Origin: Eledone cirrhosa
Lineage: Eukaryota
Assembly (NCBI GenBank): GCA_964016885.1
Contig: OZ024740.1
Span: 61,814,001-61,878,000 of the forward strand
Length of the DNA stretch: 64,000 bases
Reading direction: 5' to 3'
Both the position numbers and the translations under genes were made by a program. The notes beneath the pieces were generated by a model that did not search any database, was not told where the DNA came from, and saw only the letters and a program-made list of their open reading frames with translations. Numbering within the stretch: the first letter of the stretch is position 1; each line of letters opens with the position of its first letter. Below are positions 40,510-51,757 of this stretch, piece by piece.

Positions 40510-41878
40510 GATTTACAATTTGCATGTAAGTAGGTCTCTCTGGAAATAGGGTGGGGTATTAGGTTCCATGAGGTGGGGGAGGGCCTAAAAGTTTGAGAAC
40601 CTCTGCTGTAAAATGTTGTTGATGACATGAAAGGCATTTGTCCAATAAAACCATGCCTAATCATGATAAATGCAGATATAATGCAAATGTAATGCATATG
40701 TATGTGTGTCTGTATATGCATATGAGTGTGTCTGTACATTCACATGTGTGTGCAGTTGATGAGAGGAAAGGCATCCAGCTGTAGAAAAAATGCCCAAACT
40801 AGAATGTGTGTAAGCAAGACATGGTTCTCAGCCAGTATAGAGGACAGTAGATGTTTAAGTTCTGACTTAGTTTGTGATGACTCATTCACCCCGTGCCAAC
40901 ACGGAAAAATGAATGTTAAATGATGATGATGATTATAATGATATATGAATATATACATACTTATATTTTTTCTTTCAAGTAAAAGAACTGAGATTCTTTA
41001 CTTATAGCACACCTATGTCCAAAAAAGCAGACTGAAAACAAAATTTGAACAAGGTATTTTTTAAGTAGAACATGGGAAATTTTCTACTTCTGAATTGTTC
41101 AAGAAATAATTCTTTATTCAAGAGGACTTTTCTCTTAATTTAGAATGTTTCTTTTGTGGTTCTAGTAGTTAAACTGTTATTAAATATCTGCTTTTGACAT
41201 TTGATGCTAAGTTAATCTTACTACCAATTTCTATGGAAATTTACAGACAAACTACATTTACAATCTTGGCAATCAATATGTAGAAACTGAATTCTTCAAA
41301 AGATCTAAATACATCAATATTTCTCAGAATACGTTTTCTTCTATTGTATTTTGCTTCTAAAAATCAATAATAGATTTCTGATTTCTTTTTTTTTTTTGTT
41401 TGTTTGGTTAAACTGATAACATTTTTGTTAATGGAACCAGAGATGACTCAGATTTCTATAGAATCCCTTAGGTAATTCAGTGACATTTGGAATATGACTT
41501 ATTTTCTTTTCTACATCACGAAATTGAGGATAATGACAACAATGATAATAGTGGTGATAAAAATATTTTACATGGCACAACCACTGCTCTGGAAAGTAAA
41601 ATCTAAGATTTATTTCTGAATGTTGTTCAATTGTGCAAGGTATTTAAAGTATATTATCTAAGGTTTAGAAAGTATGGAGTTATTAAAAACCAGCATGGTT
41701 AGAGATTTCCTCTCAGTTAGCAGCAGTGTATTCCATATTTGGAGCGATTATATCCCTATTGTGTGCATCTTTTATTATGACTGTTGCTAATTGGTGCTAT
41801 AAACAGTATGAATCATTTTCTGACAATAGATTGAGAGTGGTTTGTTAAATAAGTGTTGAGATTCTAATAAAAACCATG

Positions 41879-41937
<59 letters not shown>

Positions 41938-42156
41938 GTCAAAGATGTACATCCATATATGTATACTGAAATACTAGTATGTATATGAATACACACACGT
42001 ATACATATGTAGATGTACCAAGTTTTTTTTTCACTGATCACTTTACTGTGAGTGGCCAGCTATTCTGTATGTAAACACACAGACAAACCGGTTTTTAGAG
42101 TCATACTGGTTTTTGAGGAAACACCTTTCCTCTATTCTCCAGAAAGCCAGACAAGG

Positions 42157-42201
42157 AATATTGAACTAGTTTCGTTGTTGTTACAACTCATCAGCAATAT
42201 T
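42157..42201 (-). ncRNA. Type I hammerhead ribozyme (family D, inverted copy)
   Basis: Reverse complement of 42659-42703. Confidence 0.88.
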
Positions 42202-42658
42202 TACCTATCTTCCGGCCTCTCTAGAGAATCGTAAAAGCACATATCGCTATATGCTTTTTCTATGAAAATTAGCAGTGGGCAGACCAACCCGCATAGAGTG
42301 TGAGTAAGTACCGGTTCAACGGAGACGATAAAAACAAATAACGAAACGAAATTAAATTTCGTTTCGTTTGTAACTCACTTTTGTATGACTGACGCTCAAA
42401 CAATTAAGTCAAAGATGTACATCCATATATGTATACTGAAATACTAGTATGTATATGAATACACACACGTATACATATGTAGATGTACCAAGTTTTTTTT
42501 CACTGATCACTTTACTCGTTATTTGTTTTTATCGTCTCCGTTGAACCGGTACTTACTCACACTCTATGCGGGTTGGTCTGCCCACTGCTAATTTTCATAG
42601 AAAAAGCATATAGCGATATGTGCTTTTACGATTCTCTAGAGAGGCCGGAAGATAGGTA

Positions 42659-42703
42659 AATATTGCTGATGAGTTGTAACAACAACGAAACTAGTTCAAT
42701 ATT
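42659..42703 (+). ncRNA. Type I hammerhead ribozyme (family D)
   Basis: AATATTG-CTGATGA-GTTGT-aaca-ACAAC-GAA-ACTAGT-T-CAATATT. Confidence 0.9.
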
Positions 42704-43126
42704 CCTTGTCTGGCTTTCTGGAGAATAGAGGAAAGGTGTTTCCTCAAAAACCAGTATGACTCTAAAAACCGGTTTGTCTGTGTGTTTACATACAGAATAG
42801 CTGGCCACTCACAGTAAAGTGATCAGTAAAAAAAACTTGGTACATCTACATATGTATACGTGTGTGTATTCATATACATACTAGTATTTCAGTATACATA
42901 TATGGATGTACATCTTTGACTTAATTGTTTGAGCGTCAGTCATACAAAAGTGAGTTACAAACGAAACGAAATTTAATTTCGTTTCGTTATTTGTTTTTAT
43001 CGTCTCCGTTGAACCGGTACTTACTCACACTCTATGCGGGTTGGTCTGCCCACTGCTAATTTTCATAGAAAAAGCATATAGCGATATGTGCTTTTACGAT
43101 TCTCTAGAGAGGCCGGAAGATAGGTA

Positions 43127-43171
43127 AATATTGCTGATGAGTTGTAACAACAACGAAACTAGTTCAATATT
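43127..43171 (+). ncRNA. Type I hammerhead ribozyme (family D)
   Basis: Identical copy, +468. Confidence 0.9.
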
Positions 43172-43595
43172 CCTTGTCTGGCTTTCTGGAGAATAGAGGA
43201 AAGGTGTTTCCTCAAAAACCAGTATGACTCTAAAAACCGGTTTGTCTGTGTGTTTACATACAGAATAGCTGGCCACTCACAGTAAAGTGATCAGTGAAAA
43301 AAAACTTGGTACATCTACATATGTATACGTGTGTGTATTCATATACATACTAGTATTTCAGTATACATATATGGATGTACATCTTTGACTTAATTGTTTG
43401 AGCGTCAGTCATACAAAAGTGAGTTACAAACGAAACGAAATTTAATTTCGTTTCGTTATTTGTTTTTATCGTCTCCGTTGAACCGGTACTTACTCACACT
43501 CTATGCGGGTTGGTCTGCCCACTGCTAATTTTCATAGAAAAAGCATATAGCGATATGTGCTTTTACGATTCTCTAGAGAGGCCGGAAGATAGGTA

Positions 43596-43640
43596 AATAT
43601 TGCTGATGAGTTGTAACAACAACGAAACTAGTTCAATATT
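43596..43640 (+). ncRNA. Type I hammerhead ribozyme (family D)
   Basis: Identical copy, +469. Confidence 0.9.
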
Positions 43641-43933
43641 CCTTGTCTGGCTTTCTGGAGAATAGAGGAAAGGTGTTTCCTCAAAAACCAGTATGACTCT
43701 AAAAACCGGTTTGTCTGTGTGTTTACATACAGAATAGCTGGCCACTCACAGTAAAGTGATCAGTGAAAAAAAAAACTTGGTACATCTACATATGTATACG
43801 TGTGTGTATTCATATACATACTAGTATTTCAGTATACATATATGGATGTACATCTTTGACTTAATTGTTTGAGCGTCAGTCATACAAAAGTGAGTTACAA
43901 ACGAAACGAAATTTAATTTCGTTTCGTTATTTG

Positions 43934-43971
<38 letters not shown>

Positions 43972-43975
<4 letters not shown>

Positions 43976-44249
43976 GAGGTCGTGTAGGTGTCACGACAAA
44001 AAAGAAATACAGTCCACGCTGTAATGTGGTTGTGTAGGTAACATGGTAAAAAGCTCCCAGTTCACACTGTAAATGTGGTTGATGTTAGGAAGGGCATCCA
44101 GCCGTAGAAAACCTGTCAGATAGTCCTATACACGAGTGAGACACGGTCACCCAACCAATCTTGCCTCAAATGGGACAATTCCTATCTAACCCATGCTAGC
44201 GTGGATGCTAGACATTAAACGATATGATGATGATCATGATAATGATGAT

Positions 44250-44250
<1 letters not shown>
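43972..44250 (+). mobile_element. RTE 3' UTR fragment
   Basis: Similarity to family 3' UTR, (GAT)n end. Confidence 0.82.
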
Positions 44251-44282
<32 letters not shown>

Positions 44283-44692
44283 ACAATGAAGGTATGTGGT
44301 TTAGTGGTTAAACCATTGGATTTACAATCATGAGGTTGCGGGTTGTGAGTTGGATTCCCAGACTGGACAATGTGTTGTGTCCTTGAGTAAGACACTTTAT
44401 TTCACATAGCTTCAGTTCACTCAGCTGTAGAAATAACTTGCAACATATCTGGTACTAAGCTGTATCAGCCTTTGCCTTTCACTTGATAACATGGGTAGTA
44501 TGAAGAGGAGAGATTGATATACATGGGTGACTACTTTCAGGAGGCAAGCAATCTTTAAGTCTCTATGCTCTACCTCCAAGGCAATGATTACATTATGCCT
44601 ATTTATTTGCTGAGTTAGCTTGAAAAGAAATGATAATCAGAACAAGTTAGAAAAAAGTTAGAGCTATTAAAAAACGTGTCCTCAAAGAACTA

Positions 44693-44731
<39 letters not shown>

Positions 44732-44784
44732 CAGACGTAAAATGATATATATATATAATATATATATATAATATATATATATAA

Positions 44785-45110
44785 TCATTATCGTCATCGT
44801 TTAACATCTATCTTCCACGCTAGCATGTGTTAGACAAGAATTGTCCTACTTGAGGCAAGATTGATTGGGTGACCGTGTCTCGCTCGTATAGGACTATCTG
44901 CCAGGTTTTCTACAGCTGGATGCCCTTCCTAACACCAACCACATTTGCAGTATAAATGTGGTTGGTGTTAGGAAGGGCATCCAGCCGTAGAAAACCTGCC
45001 AGATAGTGCTATATGAGCGAGACACGGTCACCCGACCAACCTTGCCTCAAGTGGACAACTCCCGTCTAACCCATGCTAGCGTGGAAAGTGGACGTTAAAC
45101 GAAGATGATA
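44785..45110. mobile_element. Two RTE 3' ends in inverted, divergent arrangement
   Basis: 44785-44950 is the approximate reverse complement of 44953-45110. Confidence 0.85.
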
Positions 45111-46615
45111 TATATATATATAGAGAGAGAGAGGGGTTGGGTAGACAACTAAACAGAGAGTAGTTTGTCTATTGTGAAAAAAAGCTGAAACTAGCAAACT
45201 AGAATTGCAGAGACAGCAAGCAGGTCAACTCAAAGTAATGGAGCAGAGGTAGATTTGTATTCAAAATCAACCTTTTTGTCATTCATGAAATATATTGTAG
45301 AATATTGCAGTTTGGAGAAAAATGATTATAAAAAAGTAAAAATCATATAAATATATAAATATGATAAAATAAACAAAAAGCAATGATATTTTGCAATCAT
45401 TGGCATTTCATAAGAATATATTTATAATGTAATAATCACTGGTGAATGCAGCCAATTCAGATTTGTAGCATCTTTGTTATACCTATGTATAACAAAGTTG
45501 ATTTGTATGCCATGACCCCCTCTACTTAGTATGCAGTGAGTTTAATGTATTTCTGTAACATCACCATTATATAGTAAGTTTGATGTGGTTGTTGTAAACA
45601 GTTATATTCATGGCTGATATCTGAAAATTTGATTAGAATATGAATGATATGATACTATTCTTTCTTTTTCTTTCCACACTCATCTCATGAATACGTGTGT
45701 GCATATGTGTATGTGCAGGTACATCATGGCTGTATGGTTAAGATGTTCGCTTTGCAATCATGAAGTCTGGGGTTTGATCCTACTATGTGACATCTTGTAC
45801 AAGTACCCTTTTTCTTTGCACCCTCTCCTCGTGAAAGTGTGTACATGTGTGTATGTGTGTTGTATTGGGTACTTCATGGCTGGGTGGTTAAGAAGTTTGC
45901 TTTGCAATCATGAGTTTCTAGGTTCAATCCTACTGACTAGATTCATAAGTAAGTGTCCTTTACCATAGCATTTTGTTGTCTCTATTTTTCAATTATTTTT
46001 CTCCTTTCTTCAGTCCTTTCATTTTTTCATTTTTTTTTTCTTTTTAATATTCTCTATTTGTGCTGCTGCTGCTATCACCACCAGCACCACCACCATATTT
46101 ATGTTCTAAACACGAGATGAAAAATGAACAATTTACTAAATCCACCACTATTTTTGTTTATTTTTCATAATTATTTGAAAAACATAGCTTGTATCTTTAA
46201 TTAGAAATATAGTAACAAAGGGATTTAAAATAAATATATCATTGTGATGTAATAATATAAGATACAGAATATTTATAGTATTTAGTAATAGTTGAAAATA
46301 GATAAACAAATTTATAGAATCAAAATATCATGTCACACTATAATGGCTTATTAGATCACTACTAAAAAGGCAGGATAAATAGTAATGTTTATACTTTAAA
46401 GATAAATACATCATTGTGATCTAGTAATTTAAGAAGCAGAATATTTCTAGTGTTTAATTATAGTTTAGAATAGATAAGCAAATTTATTGAATGAAAATAT
46501 TGTATTACATTCTACTGGATCAGAATAACTATAACTATCCATGGAGATACTGCTTATGAAACCACTATTACAAACGGCTTAAGCAAATCAACAGATAAAT
46601 TTGCATGTATATTGT

Positions 46616-47004
46616 GGAGGCACATGGCTTAGTGGTTAGAGCATTGGGCTTACAATCGAAAGGTTGTGAGTTCAATTCTCAGACCGGGTGATGTTTTGTT
46701 TCCTTGAGAAAGACACTTTATTTCACATTGCTCCAGTTTACTCAGCTGTAGAAATGAGATGATAGGACTGGGGCCCCTATCATTCCACTGCGAAATAGTC
46801 GTGGAGGTTCCACGGCAAAAAAGCACCCAGCCCACACTGAAAAGTGGACATGTGGGCGCCACGGAAAAAAGCACCCAGTACTCACTGTAAATGAGGTTGG
46901 TGTTAGGAAGGGCATCCAGCTGTAGAAATCAAGCCAGAATCAGTTCCCGTCTCACCCTTGCAAGCAGGGAAAAGCGGACGTAAATGGATGATGATGATGA
47001 TGAT
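46616..47004 (+). mobile_element. CORE-like SINE with RTE tail
   Basis: Copy of family with one extra internal repeat. Confidence 0.85.
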
Positions 47005-47368
47005 TGTGTTCTTGGCAGCAAGTTTAATTAATAACACTGATGCAATAATACTGCAACTTTTGTTGCAATATTATACTGTACTATAGAATAAATCTATAGA
47101 TTTTAGTCTGAATATATGATGATTTTATCAAAACTCTTGTGCTGTTATTTTTTGTGTAAAAATATAAACCCTACCTCGAAAATAAGCCCTTGTACCATTA
47201 TTTTGTGAGAAAAATAATATCAGACCTGTCTTAACATGGTATATGAAGAAATCTTGCCAAAAGTGGAATGTATAAATGATATAAGGTTCTCCAATCTGTC
47301 TAGTCTCAAACTGACAACCTATCCAGCCCATGCCAGCATGGAAAGTGGATATAAAATGATGATAATGC

Positions 47369-47418
<50 letters not shown>

Positions 47419-47421
<3 letters not shown>

Positions 47422-48660
47422 GTGGTTACACAACAGTTAGTTCACATACCGAGAACAATTGTTTCACCTTAGCAGATCCTCAGCTCGGAATGGGCATGGT
47501 TATAGGAACAGAAAGGACAACCGTACGAACATGCATGCGCAGAAACCCGGTCACTTTACACTAGACTGCATGCGAGAGGTGTAAGGGAGATAACTGCGAA
47601 AGTCCAAAAAGTTTTTAGGTTGAAAATAAAATTACAAAGAATCAGTCCGGAGCCTTGTAGTTATGCAATAGGTGTTTGGCGACGTGTGGACAACTTGTGA
47701 AAAATTCACTTCTCGTGTTTAGGCAATCACTACTGTGTAATCCCTTTAGAATAGTTATTCGTTCGTCAATACATAAGCTACACGTCGGATTTCCCCTTGC
47801 GTATGGCTTGGACTTAGTGATGGCTTTCCATTGAATGGAGTAGTCTATACTTGAGTCCTTGAGGGACCATACGTGGCTCGCGAGTTTCATGGATGAACGT
47901 CCGTCCGGGTACCTGAAGGTAGACTGGTGGTTCAGGAAACGTTCCTTGAATTGGCCCTCCGCCATGCCCACATAGGATTTGACCTCCTGTGGTTCGTTTG
48001 GTCAGTTGGAAGTGACCACAGCTTCATAGATTACAGCTGGTGTGTTGCATTGCTGTTGAAGGGGGCAAGCTTCAGGCTTACGGCAAGAGCACCCTGGTGG
48101 GGTGTTTCTCCTAGGGCTGCTGGTGATGTGGGCCTTCATGTTCTTAGCGCAGGAGTATCCTAGTTTAACTTTGTGGGGAAGTGTCTATCTAAGAGGGCTA
48201 GAAATTTTTTTCATACATTGGTTTTAACATTGAGTGAGAAAGGAGGAGAGAACCAGATAGTTTGTCTATTGTTGCGCTTACTTTTCTTAATGGTGTTGTT
48301 GCTAGTGGGAGAGTAAGTGATAGGTTGTGAGAAGCCGCTGTTAGCCAACGCTGTGTTATAGTAGGGTGCCGCCCTGTCAAAGATAGCCTTATTAGAGGAG
48401 AGGTTTGAGATTCTAGTACTAATATTCTTAACAAAGTTTCTAAAAACAGTGGGAGGGTGGCATGAGTCCTTGTCAATGTAATTAAGTTTCTCGTTTAGCT
48501 TATGGAAGAGTCTGTGGGTGTGTGTGCGAAGGTCTAAATTAATGTCTAAGAAATCTACGATAGAGAAGTTGGTGGCTACTGTTATCCTAAGTCCTAACTC
48601 ATTGAAGGTAGAAGCTAAGTCTTTTTTAAACCAGTCGAGGTCGTGACCACTTTTATGGCT
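47419..48660 (-). mobile_element. Penelope-like element, 5'-truncated (RT thumb + GIY-YIG endonuclease + terminal repeat region), Naiad-like
   Basis: DFLDINLD...HPP...IWFSPPFSLNVKTNV...CSCRKPEACPL...VIY...YVGMAEGQFKERFLNH...CSLCIDER...CPH; stops and frameshifts. Confidence 0.88.
47445..47492 (-). ncRNA. Type I hammerhead ribozyme motif (family E) in PLE 3' region
   Basis: cattCCGAG-CTGAGGA-tctgctaaggt-GAA-ACAATTGT-T-CTCGGtatg. Confidence 0.75.
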
Positions 48661-49479
48661 CGATTTCTCGATTTCTCGATTTCTCGATTTCGATGGCTGT
48701 GATTTCTCAATTCAGAGAAGTAGTAACTGTACCTGGAGTGTCTCTTTAATCTCCAAGCTATGCACTTGATAGAGAAACATTACTCCAGAGTCCCAGGGTT
48801 CCTTGAGAAGATGAGTGTTTCAGTCTTTGCAGCACTGATTTTTCATTCCTGTTATGCTGTAGCAAACCTATCAAGTGCATGTTAGAAATCACCTGATGAG
48901 TAATACAATGTTGTCTACAAATTCCAGCTGACTGATCCTACACCTGCCAATTTTGATACCACTTCCAATCTGGTTATGCATGCCAATCCTGTCAGATAGA
49001 ATGTGGTCATATACCTTTACAAGTGCTATGAAATAAGCATATATATATATATATATATATAAACATAGACTTTACCGGGAGGCTTAACAAGATCTCTCTA
49101 TAATTGGGGCAATTTCTCTTTCCATGGTAGCATGGTTTAGATGAGATGTCCTGTTGTGAGACAATAAGATCAAGTGACTCTGTCTTCCTCATACAGAACT
49201 GGATCTAGCTTGGTTTCTATGGCTGGATGCCCTTCCTAATGTCAACCACATTTACGGTGTATACTGGGTGCTTTTTATTGTGACATCTACATGGCCACTT
49301 TACAGTGTGGACTGGGCACTTTTTGTTGTGTCACCAACACGACCACTTTACATATATATTTTGATCATAGCTAAAGGCTTTCAAAATGTTTATTTGTAAA
49401 CATACTGTATATCGGTAGATATACAAAATGTGCATCATTATCATCATCATCATCATCATCACCGTTTTACGTATATATA

Positions 49480-50083
49480 TCATCATCATCATCATCATCA
49501 TCAACGTTTAACGTCCGTGTTCCACGCTTGCATGGGTTTGGACGGGGGTAGTCCCACTTGAGGCAAGAGTGATTGTCTTGCTCGCATAGGACTGTCTGGC
49601 AGGTTTTCTACAGTTGGATGCCCTTCCTAACACCAACCACATTTACAGTGTGGGTCTGGGAGGTTTTTACCGTGTTGCCTACACGGCCACATTACAGCGT
49701 GGACTGTGTGTTTTTTTGTCGTGACACCTACACGATCTCATTTGTTTCGGCCCGGATGGCGCGGCACCAACATAACTTTACATAGGACGGGGTGGTGTGG
49801 ATGGGGTGGGGGTGGTGGTGGTGGGACGGGGTGTATTTTGTTAGAGATGCCTACTGGCAAGGCGGGTCTTCTCTGTTACTGAGTACCGCCAAAGGTCTCG
49901 GTCCAGTGACATTGTCTTGGAGAGGTGTAAGTGTGTGAGGTCGGAGTTTATCAGCTCGTCCCAGGTTTTTCTAGGTCTGCCTATTCCGTGGCTACCGTCT
50001 ATCTTTATTGCCCTGCACTTTGTTATACAGCTATCGACTTTCATGCGCATCACGTGTCCATACCAACGTAGCCTTCTCTCGAG
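49480..50083 (-). mobile_element. RTE LINE 3' end
   Basis: Nearly identical to 16173-16775. Confidence 0.92.
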
Positions 50084-50108
50084 TATATATATATATATAT
50101 ATATATAT

Positions 50109-50452
50109 GGAGGCACATGGCTTAGTGGTTAGAGCATTGGCTTTGTAATCGAAAGGTTGTGAGTTCAATTCTCAGACCGCGTGATGTGTTGTTTCCTTGA
50201 GCAAGACACTTTATTTCACATTGCTCCAGTTTACTCAGCTGTAGAAATGAGATGATAGGGACTGGGGTCCCTATCATTCCACTGCAAAGTGGTTGTGGAG
50301 GTGCCACGGCAAAAAAGCACCCAGCACTCACTGTAAATGAGGTTGGTGTTAGGAAGGGCATCCAGCTGTAGAAATCAAGCCAGAATCAGTTCCCGTCCCA
50401 CCCTTGCAAGCAGGGAAAAGTGGACGTAAAATGAAATGATGATGATGATGAT
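50109..50452 (+). mobile_element. CORE-like SINE with RTE tail
   Basis: Full-length copy between (TA)n tracts. Confidence 0.87.
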
Positions 50453-50519
50453 ATATATTATATATATATTATATATATATATTATATATATATATATTAT
50501 ATATATATATATATATATT

Positions 50520-50708
50520 CAGTGTACCACCGACATTCGTGGAATTTTCCTTAGAACCTAACTAATAATAGTTCGTGGAAGCCACCACATATTCGTGGAA
50601 TCGTAAATATCTTTCGCAATTTTTATTATGGACCACGTCAAATATTCGCAGTTTTTCACTCTCTGGATGCTCTAGGAACATAACCTCTACGAATACTGGG
50701 GTCAACTG
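50520..50708. mobile_element. Tigger/pogo-like MITE
   Basis: cagtgtaccaccgacattcg...cgaatactggggtcaactg. Confidence 0.5.
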
Positions 50709-51700
50709 TATATATATATAGAGAGAGAAATATTAAAACAATGAAATTAAACACAAAATGATTAACCGTTTTGTGTTTAATTTCATTGTTTTAATATTTC
50801 TATTTTTGACTCTGTATCCAATGAATTATATCGTTGAAAATTTTGTATTTTAAACTTTGCTTCACGACATCTTCTACATATGGATTATATTGAGTTCTTA
50901 TATTGAGTTCTTAGATCCTACCATTGATTGGTAGATATATCTGTATATATATATATTAGAGCAAACATCACGAGCACTCTATCTCAAAATTATTTTTGAA
51001 AAGCATTAGAAATGCGGAACCAGTAAAAGCTTAAAACTAAAACTGAATACTAACCAATACTTATTACTAATTTATACTTATTCCTAATTAAACTATTTTT
51101 CACTGGGAAAAATTTGTCAGCATTTTCTTTTCACATATATATATATCTCTATATATTTACATAAATGTAAATACAGACAGAAACCGATGAACATACAAAT
51201 GTACAGCCACCGGAAATAACATCTGTGAAATATACAGCGCCATCTACCTGTTAGCTAGCTACCTCAACGTAAAACAAAAGAACCCTTAAAACCTACCAGA
51301 ATAAACGCCTACACAGCGGCTAAACATCAAACGATTATTTCTGTATAAATAGAGTGGTTCCAAACACTTCAGCAGTCGACATTTGGCAGAGTGAGCTAGC
51401 GCATCGTTGTTCCTTGCCTCTGCCACGCTTTGTCACTCACACACGCCTTGTACCTCGTATCGTCGCTTCATGTGAAAATAAATAGCTGATCGAATTTACA
51501 TCTCGCCTTGCTTTGTCCTTTCAACTTGTGCTTCCGTCTGTCCATCCTCAACAGTTCTTTTAAGGGCTATATGCGACAACAGTCCTTTTAAGGGCTATCT
51601 TCAGATCTGATCAGACCATATGCAATAACAGTCCTTCTAAGGGCTATTCTCGGATCTGATCAGAAGTAGTGACCAGACTGACTAACCACGCCGCTACAAT

Positions 51701-51717
51701 TGGTGACCCGGACGTGA
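51701..51717 (+). other. Primer-binding site (tRNA-Trp)
   Basis: TGGTGACCCGGACGTGA, 2 nt after the 5' LTR. Confidence 0.88.
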
Positions 51718-51757
51718 GTCAAACGCGCAACCAGACAGCACCTAAGAAAATATCAAC

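Larger units (their letters stand above)
38262..40605. mobile_element. hAT/Charlie-like element hosting two Helitrons
   Basis: TIRs cagagattctcaaagt / agtttgagaacctctg; TSD ctctaaaa/ctgtaaaa. Confidence 0.7.
41932..43940 (+). mobile_element. 468/469-bp hammerhead-ribozyme tandem array with inverted head (retrozyme / non-autonomous PLE)
   Basis: Inverted ~1.25 units 41932-42516 + ~3 direct units 42516-43940; (TA)n on both sides. Confidence 0.88.

Noticed and set aside
42052-42234. 60-aa ORF repeated four times in the array
   Set aside because: GTG start, no domain, antisense to the ribozyme; repeats only because the DNA repeats
46230-46515. ~173-bp degenerate tandem duplication (similar case at 31070-31230)
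   Set aside because: Old AT-rich local duplication with no structural or coding signal
48885-48930. CTGATGAG motif
   Set aside because: No GAAA or stems downstream
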